From a virus (lineage: Duplodnaviria > Caudoviricetes), in the IMG/VR virus record IMGVR_UViG_3300028920_000088, positions 1-52,015 of that record: a stretch of DNA of 52,015 nt; one strand, given 5' to 3'. The position numbers were made by a program, and so were the translations under genes. Below, piece after piece: positions 9,361-19,200 of the stretch. The notes beneath the pieces are model-generated. The model did not search any database. It saw nothing but the letters and a program-made list of their open reading frames with translations, and was not told the DNA's origin. How positions within the stretch are numbered: the stretch's first letter is position 1; every line of letters starts with the position of its first letter.

Positions 9361-12300
9361 TTGGACATCTTGGACAGATACGATCCTGAGACGGACGTTC
9401 CCCGCTATGGGCTGGGAAGCATAGAGTTCCCTACTACAGTATATGATCGAGGTTCCTTGGCATTCTCCAATGTCTTGAGGGGGGACCTCGACGCTGCCAG
9501 TAGGTCCATACTATCTCCACAGGACCTCTCCCCTGCGGAGGCCCAAACGCTGACCAACAAGCTGCTGGGGGACAACCCTAATCCATTGCTAAAGACGCTG
9601 GTCGATGTGGCTACTAATCCACTGGTGGTGGCAGGGTTACTGGCAGGGGTAGTGTTTTGGCCGCTGGGTACGACTGCTCCTCTTACCATGCTGGCTAAGG
9701 GGTTGGGGCCGAAGGCCAAACATATAGGCAGGCTCATGCGGTATCCTAGTGGTGCCATGTCCTACATGAAGGGGGTAGGTAAGACTGTTGGAAAGGAGTG
9801 GGTAGGTTTATGGGAGAAGTATTCTGCCGTACTTAAACAGCAGTCTGACTGGCTAAGCAAGTACAATCAGGGGTTGGATAAGATATACAAAGCTAACATC
9901 GCTAAGTATGGAACTAAGCTGACCCCCGACGATGTGAGGGTAGCTGGTATGATTGCCGACACGGAACGAGGGGGTGTCAACCTGGTAGGTAGGGCCTTTG
10001 ATGTAACTAAGGCTGGTCCTCGTAATCCAGAGATGTATAACTATTTCAAGGGGTTGGGACTCAAGAAGGGGGACTCCTTTACGAAGGTTTTCAAGAATCA
10101 CCCGAAGTACAAGCAGCTAAAGGAGCTGGCTGATAACGTACGTAGATTACAGGATAAACAATGGAGTTACTTACCTAAGGACAAGAAGACCTTGCTACAG
10201 TTGAGACAGAGAGCTGGAGCTAAGGGTGAAGTGAGTCTGTTCCAGCCGGGGTATGGACTGCCCCACTACGCAACGATGGATAGGTATACACATAGGTCTC
10301 TATTCCAGCGTATGAACAAGAAGAACTTCTCGGCGTGGGCCACAGAAGCTAAGGAGAAGATGGCTAAGGTATTCTATCAGGATAAAGCCCAATCCATCAT
10401 AGACCCTGACGCCCTACTGGCTGCTGAAAGAGGGGGATGGTTGCCAGCTGGTGCTGCTAAGGCGGTACGGGCTGACTACGCTAGGGCCTCCGCAGAGGCG
10501 ACGCAGCAGGTGGCTAAGATATGGGAGCGAGCTATCACTAAGGGGGGAAATAAGGAGCAGGTAGTCAAGAAGTTCATTGACGACACGATCACGTGGTTCA
10601 AAGGGAGTGGCAAGACTACCTCGTTGGGTGCGAGGCTTAGTTCAGGGATTACACCGGAGACCGCGAAGGCTACCGCCGACAAGCTACGGATTGCTAACAA
10701 GAAGTTGATGGGGGACATGCTGGGGGAGATGGGCAACCAGTTGTATAAGGCTGGCAATCCCGTCGCACTACAGAACGAGTTGGAGGCTATAGGCAGGGTG
10801 ATTGGGTCACCGGCTCGGTATGATACACATCTACTTAAAGCGGCACAACGATACACACATAACATATCACAGGCAGTGCCATGGTATCATAAGAATGTAG
10901 CATTGAGGTCGGGGGAAGGACTGGACGATTTCGTAAGGGAAGTAGTTCTTGATCCTCCTGCGTGGGCGGAGAAGCCACCGGCCTTCCTGAAGAACCTGAT
11001 GGAGGAGACGCTGATCCCACAGCTCAAGGGGTACAAGACATGGCAGCAGGGGCAAAGGTCCCTAACTATATTTGAGACGAACCGTAAGTCGTATGACTTC
11101 GTGACCAAGAACCCCATGATGAAGGGCATAGCTCCGGAGGGGTCGGCATTAGGGGATTGGTTGCGAGCTACGTTCGGAGGAGGCCCCAAGTCACTGACTG
11201 CTGAGGGGGTAGAGCATGGTATCTCTAGCTGGATATATACATCGGCACTGGGAGCAAACGTGTCCCCCATATCCAAGAACTCGCTACAGACGTTGGCTAC
11301 CGTCATCAACATGCCAGGCATGGGGCCCTCCTCTATAGTTAGGGGGATCAAGGAGCTGAATCCCAGACTGTGGGGCGGCATGGCTCACATGTGGGACGAT
11401 GCTGCTGGTAAGATGGTTAAGGTAAAGGTAGACGGGGTCCTTCCCAACTGGATCAAGGGGATCAAGGAGGCCAAGCACCCTATTACTGGCGAGATAGTGT
11501 CTAACATGCAGGCTAACTTCCCTGAGTTCGTAGCCCACTTCGGAGAAGGGGAAGGAATGGTTGCTGCCATAGAGGCTGGTGACATGGGCATGGACATGAT
11601 GGGGGCTTCTTCCCTAGCCAAGAGCGGGCTAAAGAAGATGCAGGAGAAGCTGCTGTATGGGTTCGAGAAGTCCGAGATGTTCAACAGGCTCCTTGGTTTC
11701 TATGCAGGACAGCAACAGCATCTGCATCATTTGAAGGGCAGTATTGGTAAGGGCATGTCGGCTGCAAAGAAGATAGAACAAGCCAATACTGTGGGAGCTA
11801 ACGTGGTGCATGCCGGTCACTTCACGGGCGGACCACTCGGGACCCCGTCGGCTACGCTCAACTGGTCTGCCCCCCTGCGTCAGTTTACACACTTCCCACT
11901 CAGGATGGTAGACTTCCTTGGTGCCTCTACTCGATGGGGACTCGACCCATCCAAGTTGAACTTCGGCACCATTGGCAGGACGGCTGCCACGGCTGGAATC
12001 ACATACGAGGTAGGTAAGAACCTATTGGGGGTTGATCTTTCGCAGGCGATTGGGTCCGGCACGATTCCCGCACCCGCCTACGAGGGGGCCCCCTTCTATC
12101 CGTTCCCATTGGTATCTCCATTGGTCAGTGCTGTTGGGTCAGCTGCTGCCGCCCTGTACGAGGGGGACATGGAGAAGCTCGGGGCTACAGCTGCATTGGC
12201 TGTGCCTGGTGGACTGGCTGGCCGAAGACTCTACAAGACGCTGGCTCCCAAGTATGCTGACTACCAGAACAGAACTCCGGATGGACGTATCCCTGTATAC

Positions 12301-12732
12301 AACGATGACCATGCCCTGATAGGTACGTATACTCCAATGCAGATGGTGATGCGGGCGATGGGTATCAAGGTAATGAACCAGTCTGAAGAGCAGGGAGCCA
12401 TGAAATGGTTGCTGTCGCAGCGAGATAAACTTCGTGAATACAGGCGAGAATACCTTCAGGCACTCTTCAAAAACGACTACTCCCGTGCGGAGGCCATACA
12501 GAAAGAGTATCAGGAGCAGTACCCTGAGCTGGGTCCGTTACAGGTGAAGAAGACAGACATCACAGCCCTGAAGAACCGAAGGAATGTAAGCAGAATCAAT
12601 AGGGTCTTGAAAGGATTCCCGAAGGAAGCTCGTCCTGTATTCCAGCAAGTGCTGGGGGACGCCGCGTTGCGTACCATGTACCAGGATGTGGAGACGAACC
12701 CCGCCTCATTTGACATCTACTTCCCACAGTAG
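9361..12732 (+). CDS. Large internal virion (ejection) protein
   Basis: 1123 aa, TTG start right after the upstream stop. Helical and G/A/K-rich; last gene of the structural block, in a T7 gp16/P22 gp16-like position. Confidence 0.55.
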   Translation: MDILDRYDPETDVPRYGLGSIEFPTTVYDRGSLAFSNVLRGDLDAASRSILSPQDLSPAEAQTLTNKLLGDNPNPLLKTLVDVATNPLVVAGLLAGVVFWPLGTTAPLTMLAKGLGPKAKHIGRLMRYPSGAMSYMKGVGKTVGKEWVGLWEKYSAVLKQQSDWLSKYNQGLDKIYKANIAKYGTKLTPDDVRVAGMIADTERGGVNLVGRAFDVTKAGPRNPEMYNYFKGLGLKKGDSFTKVFKNHPKYKQLKELADNVRRLQDKQWSYLPKDKKTLLQLRQRAGAKGEVSLFQPGYGLPHYATMDRYTHRSLFQRMNKKNFSAWATEAKEKMAKVFYQDKAQSIIDPDALLAAERGGWLPAGAAKAVRADYARASAEATQQVAKIWERAITKGGNKEQVVKKFIDDTITWFKGSGKTTSLGARLSSGITPETAKATADKLRIANKKLMGDMLGEMGNQLYKAGNPVALQNELEAIGRVIGSPARYDTHLLKAAQRYTHNISQAVPWYHKNVALRSGEGLDDFVREVVLDPPAWAEKPPAFLKNLMEETLIPQLKGYKTWQQGQRSLTIFETNRKSYDFVTKNPMMKGIAPEGSALGDWLRATFGGGPKSLTAEGVEHGISSWIYTSALGANVSPISKNSLQTLATVINMPGMGPSSIVRGIKELNPRLWGGMAHMWDDAAGKMVKVKVDGVLPNWIKGIKEAKHPITGEIVSNMQANFPEFVAHFGEGEGMVAAIEAGDMGMDMMGASSLAKSGLKKMQEKLLYGFEKSEMFNRLLGFYAGQQQHLHHLKGSIGKGMSAAKKIEQANTVGANVVHAGHFTGGPLGTPSATLNWSAPLRQFTHFPLRMVDFLGASTRWGLDPSKLNFGTIGRTAATAGITYEVGKNLLGVDLSQAIGSGTIPAPAYEGAPFYPFPLVSPLVSAVGSAAAALYEGDMEKLGATAALAVPGGLAGRRLYKTLAPKYADYQNRTPDGRIPVYNDDHALIGTYTPMQMVMRAMGIKVMNQSEEQGAMKWLLSQRDKLREYRREYLQALFKNDYSRAEAIQKEYQEQYPELGPLQVKKTDITALKNRRNVSRINRVLKGFPKEARPVFQQVLGDAALRTMYQDVETNPASFDIYFPQ

Positions 12733-12740
12733 TATTATAA

Positions 12741-12775
12741 CCCCTCGCTTATGGGGGGGGCGGCGAAATTTTTTT
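12741..12775 (+). terminator. Possible intrinsic terminator ending the structural operon
   Basis: CCCCTC...GGGGGG stem followed within about 8 nt by a T7 tract. Confidence 0.35.
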
Positions 12776-12833
12776 GAATTTTTTTGAAATTTTTTGATTT
12801 TTTTGTTGACGGCGTTGCGAAATCGGTTATCAT
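12765..12833 (+). promoter_or_regulatory. Sigma70-type promoter of the replication module with upstream phased T-tracts
   Basis: Four T6-7 tracts at about 10 bp period (12765-12805), then TTGACG (12806-12811), 16 bp, TATCAT (12828-12833). The ATG at 12843 has no SD, so the transcript may be leaderless. Confidence 0.6.
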
Positions 12834-12842
12834 AGCGGCGGC

Positions 12843-15479
12843 ATGGCAACGAAAAACGCAAAAAATTCGATTGAATTTCCGACACACAGTAGATGTCAGG
12901 ACTGTCCCCTATATGAGGGAGCTATTAATCCTGGACTACCAACTAGGAAGCTCTCCTTCAGAGGGGAGGAATGCGACGACAGGGTATGGAAGGATCGTGC
13001 TATCCTGTTCGTAGGGCAGGCCCCAGGACTTAACGAAGACCTTGCAGGAAGGACCTGGATAGGTTTTGCTGGGGGGCTCCTGGAACGGTTCGTGACCTTG
13101 GCCAAGATACGCGAACTAGCTGACATCTACGTGTCCAATGCTGTCCGATGTAAGCCTCCGCAGGGAGCGGTACCGACTGACGGTCAGGTTGCCATATGTC
13201 GACAGCATATTGAAAAGGACTTAGAGCTGCTTAGCTCCAACTACAAGGAGGTAGTATTGGTAGCTTGCGGAGCTAAGGCAGCCAAGTCCATAGCCAGGCA
13301 ACGGTCGTTGGGGCACGGGCTACGCAAGCAGGGACAACAAGGGGTTTGGCCTGACTACTCCTGTTTCTATACAAACAACCCTGCTATCCTGCATACAAAG
13401 AGGAGCCCATCGCTAGCTAAATCAGTTGAGGACCATTTCCGACTAATAGTGCGATACCTCAGGGGCGAGTTCATCCCCAACGACCTTTCGATTGTTCCTA
13501 TGCTAGGGGCCCCAGTGCCACCTAGGATTCATAATAATCTCGTAGCTTTCGACGTTGAGACGTACGGCATACTAGCAGGAAACTCTCAGACTGTGTTCAC
13601 CCCTCGAAAGTCCTTCTATGTGGACGGTTATCCATACCGGGAGCAAGTAGTAACTTGTGCGTTCGCATGGAGGGACATAGAGGGGGTCCTAAGGACTGCG
13701 GTATACTGTATGAAGTGGGAGGGGCACCGAGAGATAGTGCGACAGTGGTTCAAGAGGATGGTCGACTCAGGCATCACAGCGTTGGGACAGAATACTAAGT
13801 TCGACCTGCAATATTTAAGAGCAGCCGACCCATCACTGAGGCAGTGGGTTAATCCCTCCAAGCTGATCGTCGATGATACTATGTTGATGAGCTTCTTGGA
13901 ATACGAGCAGCGACCAGAGAGAGGCTTGAAGGAGCAGGCTTTGCTGTTCGGCATAGCTGACTACAGTAGTTCAGGTGTTACAGGCAAGGAAGGGAACGCC
14001 ACGGGGTACGGAGACCCCGAGCTACTGGAGTACAACTGCCTTGATGCTGCGGTCACCTACCTCCTGTATGAGGAGATGGACAGACGTATCAAGTCTATCT
14101 ATGGCGACAGTAGCCGCAAGAACTCTGAGTTCTGTAAGGCTATGAGAAATATGACGGTCTGGTGTGTGACAGACCTGGAGCGTAACGGCAGTACATTGTG
14201 GTTGCCTAAACTAAAGGAAGTACATGATGAATACGAAGCAAGAAAAGACGCCGCTTGCCACAGAGCGGAACATGACCACGGTATCAAATTGCACGGGATC
14301 GGTTCTGACGCTCCACTGCGAGAACTCTTCCTCAGATTGGCCTTCGGAGCAGGTCTTATCGATGACCCCAGACTTGAGTGGAGTGAAAAAACTGGAGCTA
14401 TTTCCATTGGAGTCGGCAACTCTAATCTCCTCCTCAAATATCTCGGTGACACTGACGGAGGACGGGATATCCTAGAGTTATTCCAGGAGTATAAAGACTG
14501 TGCGAAAATTACTAACACGTATACGCGGCCTCTGCTCACGAACAAGAAGAGAGGGGTCGTCCACACCAAAGGTAACGTTGGATATGTATACCCATCCTGG
14601 TTTCCTATACCTTCGTATTCCAATCGCGGAGCTGCACAGGATGATCGAGCAATGGGACAAATACAAGGGCGTTTTTCCGCTTCGGGGCCTGCGAGACTCA
14701 CAGAGCCTAAGACTATCCGTAACTGTAGTTGCTCCAGATTCGACGGAGGAAAGCTCTGGGAGTACGACATGTCCCAAGACCACCTCCGAATGGCAGCCTT
14801 ACTATCTAACGACCCCGTCCTCTACTCAGCCTACACCTCCGACGGAGCAAGTCTACATACCATGACGGCACAGGATATATTTCCTGAGGCTGACCCGGCC
14901 TCCGCAGGATGGAAGGAGTCTAAGGAGTACAAGCTGGGTAAGACTCTCAACTTCCTTATCTTGTTCCGTGGCGGAGCTGATACTTACGTGCAGACTGCCA
15001 GAAGAGACGTCGGAGTTGAAATAGATTTGGAGTTTGCAGACAGAGCTATTCGTACATGGTACGACGTACACCCTGTGTTCCATCAGTGGCAGGACTCCCT
15101 TATTAGGGAGGTAATGAGGAAGGGATATTACGAGACCATTACCGGGTGGAGCAGGACGTTCGGCAAGGGGGCAGAGGGTGTAGCTAGTTCGATCAACGAG
15201 ATATGTAATTGTGCAATCCAAACACCTTGTGCTCAATGTACTCAGTCTGCACAGTTCGAGATCATAAAGGAGTTTGAGCTGAGGGAGATGAACAGCTTGA
15301 TCTGCCTACAGATTTACGACTCCGTATTCGTGGATGTGTATCCAGGTGAGGAGAAGTTGGTTGACGAGATCGTGCCTCGACACCTAGAACACCCCCCCGT
15401 GCTGCGGGAGCTAGAGAAACAGTTGGGCAGAACAATTCCATTTGTGTGTGAGAAGAAGGAGTATGAGTCATATGGGTAG
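12843..15479 (+). CDS. polA: Family A DNA polymerase with an N-terminal family-4 UDG-like domain and a 3'-5' exonuclease
   Basis: UDG-like: CxDCPL, FVGQAPGLNED, SNAVRCKPP. Exonuclease: FDVETYG (I), GQNTKFDL (II), YNCLDA (III). Polymerase: DMSQDHLR (A), KLGKTLNF (B), QIYDS (C). Confidence 0.9.
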   Translation: MATKNAKNSIEFPTHSRCQDCPLYEGAINPGLPTRKLSFRGEECDDRVWKDRAILFVGQAPGLNEDLAGRTWIGFAGGLLERFVTLAKIRELADIYVSNAVRCKPPQGAVPTDGQVAICRQHIEKDLELLSSNYKEVVLVACGAKAAKSIARQRSLGHGLRKQGQQGVWPDYSCFYTNNPAILHTKRSPSLAKSVEDHFRLIVRYLRGEFIPNDLSIVPMLGAPVPPRIHNNLVAFDVETYGILAGNSQTVFTPRKSFYVDGYPYREQVVTCAFAWRDIEGVLRTAVYCMKWEGHREIVRQWFKRMVDSGITALGQNTKFDLQYLRAADPSLRQWVNPSKLIVDDTMLMSFLEYEQRPERGLKEQALLFGIADYSSSGVTGKEGNATGYGDPELLEYNCLDAAVTYLLYEEMDRRIKSIYGDSSRKNSEFCKAMRNMTVWCVTDLERNGSTLWLPKLKEVHDEYEARKDAACHRAEHDHGIKLHGIGSDAPLRELFLRLAFGAGLIDDPRLEWSEKTGAISIGVGNSNLLLKYLGDTDGGRDILELFQEYKDCAKITNTYTRPLLTNKKRGVVHTKGNVGYVYPSWFPIPSYSNRGAAQDDRAMGQIQGRFSASGPARLTEPKTIRNCSCSRFDGGKLWEYDMSQDHLRMAALLSNDPVLYSAYTSDGASLHTMTAQDIFPEADPASAGWKESKEYKLGKTLNFLILFRGGADTYVQTARRDVGVEIDLEFADRAIRTWYDVHPVFHQWQDSLIREVMRKGYYETITGWSRTFGKGAEGVASSINEICNCAIQTPCAQCTQSAQFEIIKEFELREMNSLICLQIYDSVFVDVYPGEEKLVDEIVPRHLEHPPVLRELEKQLGRTIPFVCEKKEYESYG

Positions 15480-16068
15480 TGGCGGTCACTATGGATACCG
15501 GACCCACACTCCATTGGAGAAAGTATCAGAGGATTTGAAGAGACGGTACTGTGAGGCTGCTCCCATTGCAGCTGGACGTATCCTGCGGAGGCCAAGGGTT
15601 GCTGATATAAAGCTATGGGAGAAGGATGATCTGATTAATGAGGCTTTCTTGCATGGAAACTGGTGGAAGTACGAAGATCGTGACGACGACTACCTGTCTT
15701 ACATAATATACTGGGACATGTTGAAGTGCGTAGCTGTATTGGAGAAAGACCCATTGGTCCGTGGTTACAGTGCTGGGGATGAGAAATTAAGACTGAAAAA
15801 GAAAGAAGATTTTTGTACTCGTGTGGATAACCTACGCGTGGATGATAATTTAGACGAGGTAGAGAATAGGGACTTCCGGGATTACTGGAGAAATAACAGC
15901 AAGCTAAATGACAGTCAGCTATGGTTGTTCGACCAACTGTATGTGTACGGTAGAAGTGCTAAGGATATAGCAGAAGAGATAGGCGTTAGTAAACAGTCAA
16001 TATATTTGCGTAGGAAAAGATTAATAGAAAAGATTCAATACGCTAGGAGATGCCATGGAACACAGTGA
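15472..16068 (+). CDS. Sigma70 region-4-like HTH protein
   Basis: C-terminal LNDSQ...GRSAKDIAEEIGVSKQSIYLRRKRLIEKI and an N-terminal DDLINEAFL (region-2-like). Start uncertain; the ORF track begins at 15442. Confidence 0.7.
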   Translation: MGSGGHYGYRTHTPLEKVSEDLKRRYCEAAPIAAGRILRRPRVADIKLWEKDDLINEAFLHGNWWKYEDRDDDYLSYIIYWDMLKCVAVLEKDPLVRGYSAGDEKLRLKKKEDFCTRVDNLRVDDNLDEVENRDFRDYWRNNSKLNDSQLWLFDQLYVYGRSAKDIAEEIGVSKQSIYLRRKRLIEKIQYARRCHGTQ

Positions 16069-16678
16069 TCTAAATGTAGAGCAGTTAGCTAAGTTTTCAA
16101 AGCTGGCTAGGTCTGAGGCCCGTAAGTTAGTGAATAAATTAGGGAAAGCCCTAAAGTTTTATGAAGAGGATGACTTCGTAAACTGGGCTTACGTAAGTAA
16201 GTACTGGATGAATTATCTTGATGACGGGGATGAGCATATCATGAGGATAGCGTTGCGGTTCGCCATGATACGGGCGATGTCCGAGTCACGAGGTAGTCAA
16301 GGAAAGAAGTTTTATAGCTGGAGTTTTGATCAAGGCATACCCTATAGGGTACTGAAAAGGTATGGATTGATCGACAAGAACCTACCAGATTCAAACGCTA
16401 AGTTTAAGCCTATTGAATCTCCCGACGAATTAGAAAGTATGAAGGCTGAAGACCCTATAGATGTATTGATTAGACAGGAACTGTATGATACATTAAGAGT
16501 CTTGACGGGATGCCTGCCGGACAAACAAAAAGAAGCTATAGAGAAGAGGGTAAACTCCGGGGCTACGTTCAAGGAGATAGGGAAAGAAATGGGAGGAATT
16601 AGTAGTCAAGCTGTAAATAACTTGTACAATAGAGGAGTGACCAAAATTAGAAAGGAACTGAATCATGGAAATTACTGA
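16055..16678 (+). CDS. Sigma70-family (region 4) protein
   Basis: LPDKQKEAI...TFKEIGKEMGGISSQAVNNLYNRGVTKIRK is a typical sigma70 r4 HTH. Confidence 0.75.
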   Translation: MEHSDLNVEQLAKFSKLARSEARKLVNKLGKALKFYEEDDFVNWAYVSKYWMNYLDDGDEHIMRIALRFAMIRAMSESRGSQGKKFYSWSFDQGIPYRVLKRYGLIDKNLPDSNAKFKPIESPDELESMKAEDPIDVLIRQELYDTLRVLTGCLPDKQKEAIEKRVNSGATFKEIGKEMGGISSQAVNNLYNRGVTKIRKELNHGNY

Positions 16679-16705
16679 TGGCACATCCAAAAAAGGAGTC
16701 TCCTG

Positions 16706-17287
16706 ATGTCCAAGATTAACGATGCAATCTACAAACGGTACGAGGTACCTAAGAAGGTCACGGTCTTGGTTGATACGAGGGAGAAGTACCCGATGATATT
16801 CCCTGATGTAGTACATGTTGCTCACCCGTTCTTGAACTACAGTAGCCTTGCGATACAGGTAGAGACCAAGAAACAGAAGCTGGATGTGGGGGACTATATG
16901 TTAGGGGAGTACCCTGATGTCTGTATCATAGAGAGGAAGGCATCACAGCTAGAGTTGTATAAGAATCTGATGGAGAGTCGTGACTCAATCAGACAGGCTA
17001 AAGCCTTCCGTAAGTTAGCAGCTACTGCGGAGTATCCTGTACTTTTGGTGGAGGCTTCCCCGACTGAGCTACTGAGAAAGAGAACCAAGAAGCCGTGGAT
17101 TAAGAACCCGGAGATTATAGTTAGCAAGTTGTCACTGGCGGTAGCTAAGTACGGGTTCAACGTAGTGTTCATACCGTGGAAAGCAAGAAACTACCAGACA
17201 CGAAGAAAGGTGTGGACACTACTGGTACATATGATGGTAGCTTATGCAGTTTACCCTCATTTTGAGGTCGTGCCGAATCCCCTCTAA
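16706..17287 (+). CDS. ERCC4/XPF-family nuclease (candidate resolvase)
   Basis: VDTREK, LDVGDY and IIERKA motifs of ERCC4 domains. Confidence 0.85.
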   Translation: MSKINDAIYKRYEVPKKVTVLVDTREKYPMIFPDVVHVAHPFLNYSSLAIQVETKKQKLDVGDYMLGEYPDVCIIERKASQLELYKNLMESRDSIRQAKAFRKLAATAEYPVLLVEASPTELLRKRTKKPWIKNPEIIVSKLSLAVAKYGFNVVFIPWKARNYQTRRKVWTLLVHMMVAYAVYPHFEVVPNPL

Positions 17288-17386
17288 AATTTTTAATGCC
17301 CATCGTGTAAGTTTCCTTGACAAGGAGTTTCCTAAGTTAAGTAACTATAAACATGCGGAAGTCAAGTACATTTTACCCTACATGGG

Positions 17387-17415
17387 TTGACTTATGAGGT
17401 ATTGTATGGTAATAT
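17387..17415 (+). promoter_or_regulatory. Candidate sigma70 promoter
   Basis: TTGACT, 17 bp, (TG-G)TAATAT in an AT-rich intergenic gap; a TATAAT also lies at 17415-17420. Confidence 0.45.
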
Positions 17416-17463
17416 ATAATTATGGGAAGGCAAAGAAGTTAGCCCATTTAATTTGGCCTCCGC

Positions 17464-17511
17464 AGGGATGGGGGTGTGTAGTGGACTCCACTACCGCCCC
17501 TGCCCGTTTTT
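17464..17511 (+). terminator. Stem-loop with T-tract (terminator/attenuator-like)
   Basis: GTAGTGG-act-CCACTAC inner stem, extended by G-rich/C-rich arms and followed by TTTTT. Overlaps the end of a GGCCTCCGCAGG motif. Confidence 0.45.
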
Positions 17512-17527
17512 CAAATTGGAGGCCACT

Positions 17528-17821
17528 ATGATAGTCAACGATCCAAATAAGAACACATCTGAATCTTGCCTTGCGGAAGCAGAGAGTAGAGCCTACGAGA
17601 ATCTTAGGACCCAGGTAGCAGAAGACCTGATTAGACTAGCTGCTGAGCACGATATGTCCACAGAATACATGGCTGAGAAGCTAGACTTGAGTCCTATTGG
17701 CTATAAGTTCCTGATATGGGACAAGGAGATGAGCCTACGGGAACTGAATGAGGTTGCCAGTGTATTTAGTTATGAGCCGGTCATTCTATTCCGTAGGAGG
17801 TGGCCTGCCACCCACAATTAG
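17528..17821 (+). CDS. XRE-like HTH DNA-binding protein
   Basis: SD GGAGG before ATG 17528. MSTEYMAEKLDLS...MSLRELNEVASVF resembles a Cro/XRE HTH. Confidence 0.55.
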   Translation: MIVNDPNKNTSESCLAEAESRAYENLRTQVAEDLIRLAAEHDMSTEYMAEKLDLSPIGYKFLIWDKEMSLRELNEVASVFSYEPVILFRRRWPATHN

Positions 17822-17843
17822 AAACAATTAGAAAGGAAAGAAA

Positions 17844-18116
17844 ATGATGGAATTTAGTGTGGTTAAATACTCGGAAATAGACCCCTTCATACCAGAAGTA
17901 ACAGTGGAGCGGGACGACAAACTTAGATGCTTCACGTTTGTTGGAGATAAGATCGGCTATTTTTATCATGTATCTTATAACAGGTGCGATACTCCATCAA
18001 AAATACTTGGGTGGTGCGATCATCTAAAAAGAAAAACATGGTTCGACACGTACCTCTTAGACAGCTTCATACAGCTTGCATTCGAGAGGATCGGAGTCAG
18101 AAAGGAGTACCCGTGA
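17844..18116 (+). CDS. Hypothetical protein
   Basis: 90 aa with SD AAAGGA; stop overlaps the next GTG start. Confidence 0.6.
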   Translation: MMEFSVVKYSEIDPFIPEVTVERDDKLRCFTFVGDKIGYFYHVSYNRCDTPSKILGWCDHLKRKTWFDTYLLDSFIQLAFERIGVRKEYP

Positions 18117-19120
18117 ACGAATTCATTAAGGAAAGAAAGAGTTACGATGCATACCCCCTCAGTCAATCGAGCATAGCTTGTGCGTTGGGGTGTGAGAGGA
18201 ACTGGTTCTTCCGGTACCGATGGCACCTCAAGCCGAAAGATAGGGAGTTCAGGAAGGCGGCAGACCTCGGTACGATCTACCACCTGATGATGAAGAAGGG
18301 CCCGACCAAATTGGAGGAAGTCTTGAAATGGGTCAAGGATAGACAGGCTGTCCTCATGGAAGAGGTTGATGAGTTCGGGGGGTACAGCGACGAGGTTGTC
18401 AAGCATGTGAACGACCTTACCGACATGTATAATCGTGCGAAATGTATGGCAGAACTGTTCTGGGAAAAGTTCCCCCGTGGGGAGGATAGAGAGACCCTGT
18501 TCCGAGAGCAGTACTTGGAGATGGACGATCTGTGTGGGACTATCGATGAAGTAGAACACAAAATCAGCACAAACACCATCAGCATCAGGGATACTAAGAC
18601 TACGACGCGAGAGCTGAAGGCTGTCGTTACAGGATATCGGTTCGGGATTCAAGCTAGATTGTACCGCCTGCTGGTCGATGACTGGGCCGCAAAGAATGGG
18701 CATAAGAGCCCCTCCGGATTCATACTGGATGTGGTACGGATGCCCAATATTAAACTGTGTGGCACAGACGTAAAGAAAGCCAACAAACTTCACATCACTC
18801 CTGCGGAGGCCTATAAGATGAGGGTCCTTGAATGGTACGAGGACAACGGGATAGCAGCTATGAACTGTGTAGCTATGCCGTTTGAGGAGCCTATCATGAC
18901 CGACGAGTTGGATAGGGTGCTGGAAACCGTGCGAGACATGGCTAATCGTGAGCCTGATCCAAGAAACTATAGTAGGGACATGAGCCGACGTTGTTGCTAT
19001 AAATTTAATAAGCAGTGTCCCTTTCATAGTCTTTGTGATATGGATATTAGCTTATGGCCAGCCGAGCTGCATCGTGAATACACAACATATGAAAAGGTGG
19101 AGAAAGGAGTGCTTTCATGA
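18113..19120 (+). CDS. PD-(D/E)XK (RecB/Cas4-like) exonuclease
   Basis: GTG start after AAAGGAG. Motifs LSQSSI..C, GTIYH, GTIDEV, IRDTKTT, QARLY and a C-terminal CCYKFNKQCPFHSLC (Fe-S-type Cys cluster). Confidence 0.85.
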   Translation: MNEFIKERKSYDAYPLSQSSIACALGCERNWFFRYRWHLKPKDREFRKAADLGTIYHLMMKKGPTKLEEVLKWVKDRQAVLMEEVDEFGGYSDEVVKHVNDLTDMYNRAKCMAELFWEKFPRGEDRETLFREQYLEMDDLCGTIDEVEHKISTNTISIRDTKTTTRELKAVVTGYRFGIQARLYRLLVDDWAAKNGHKSPSGFILDVVRMPNIKLCGTDVKKANKLHITPAEAYKMRVLEWYEDNGIAAMNCVAMPFEEPIMTDELDRVLETVRDMANREPDPRNYSRDMSRRCCYKFNKQCPFHSLCDMDISLWPAELHREYTTYEKVEKGVLS

Positions 19121-19200
19121 TATATACGTAAATGGGGCTAAAATTTTTAATTCAGCGTTTTCGGCAATGTTAATTAACTGTCTAACTAAAGGAGGTGATT

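Noticed and set aside
18020-19027. 335-aa minus-strand ORF, plus other long antisense ORFs (24819-25508, 14099-14770, 31479-32099)
   Set aside because: They are shadows of well-supported + strand genes and have no recognisable motifs.
18113-19120. Cas4-like nuclease as evidence of a CRISPR system
   Set aside because: No repeat-spacer array or other cas genes. Its context (Sak4-like ATPase, SSB) indicates a phage recombination exonuclease.
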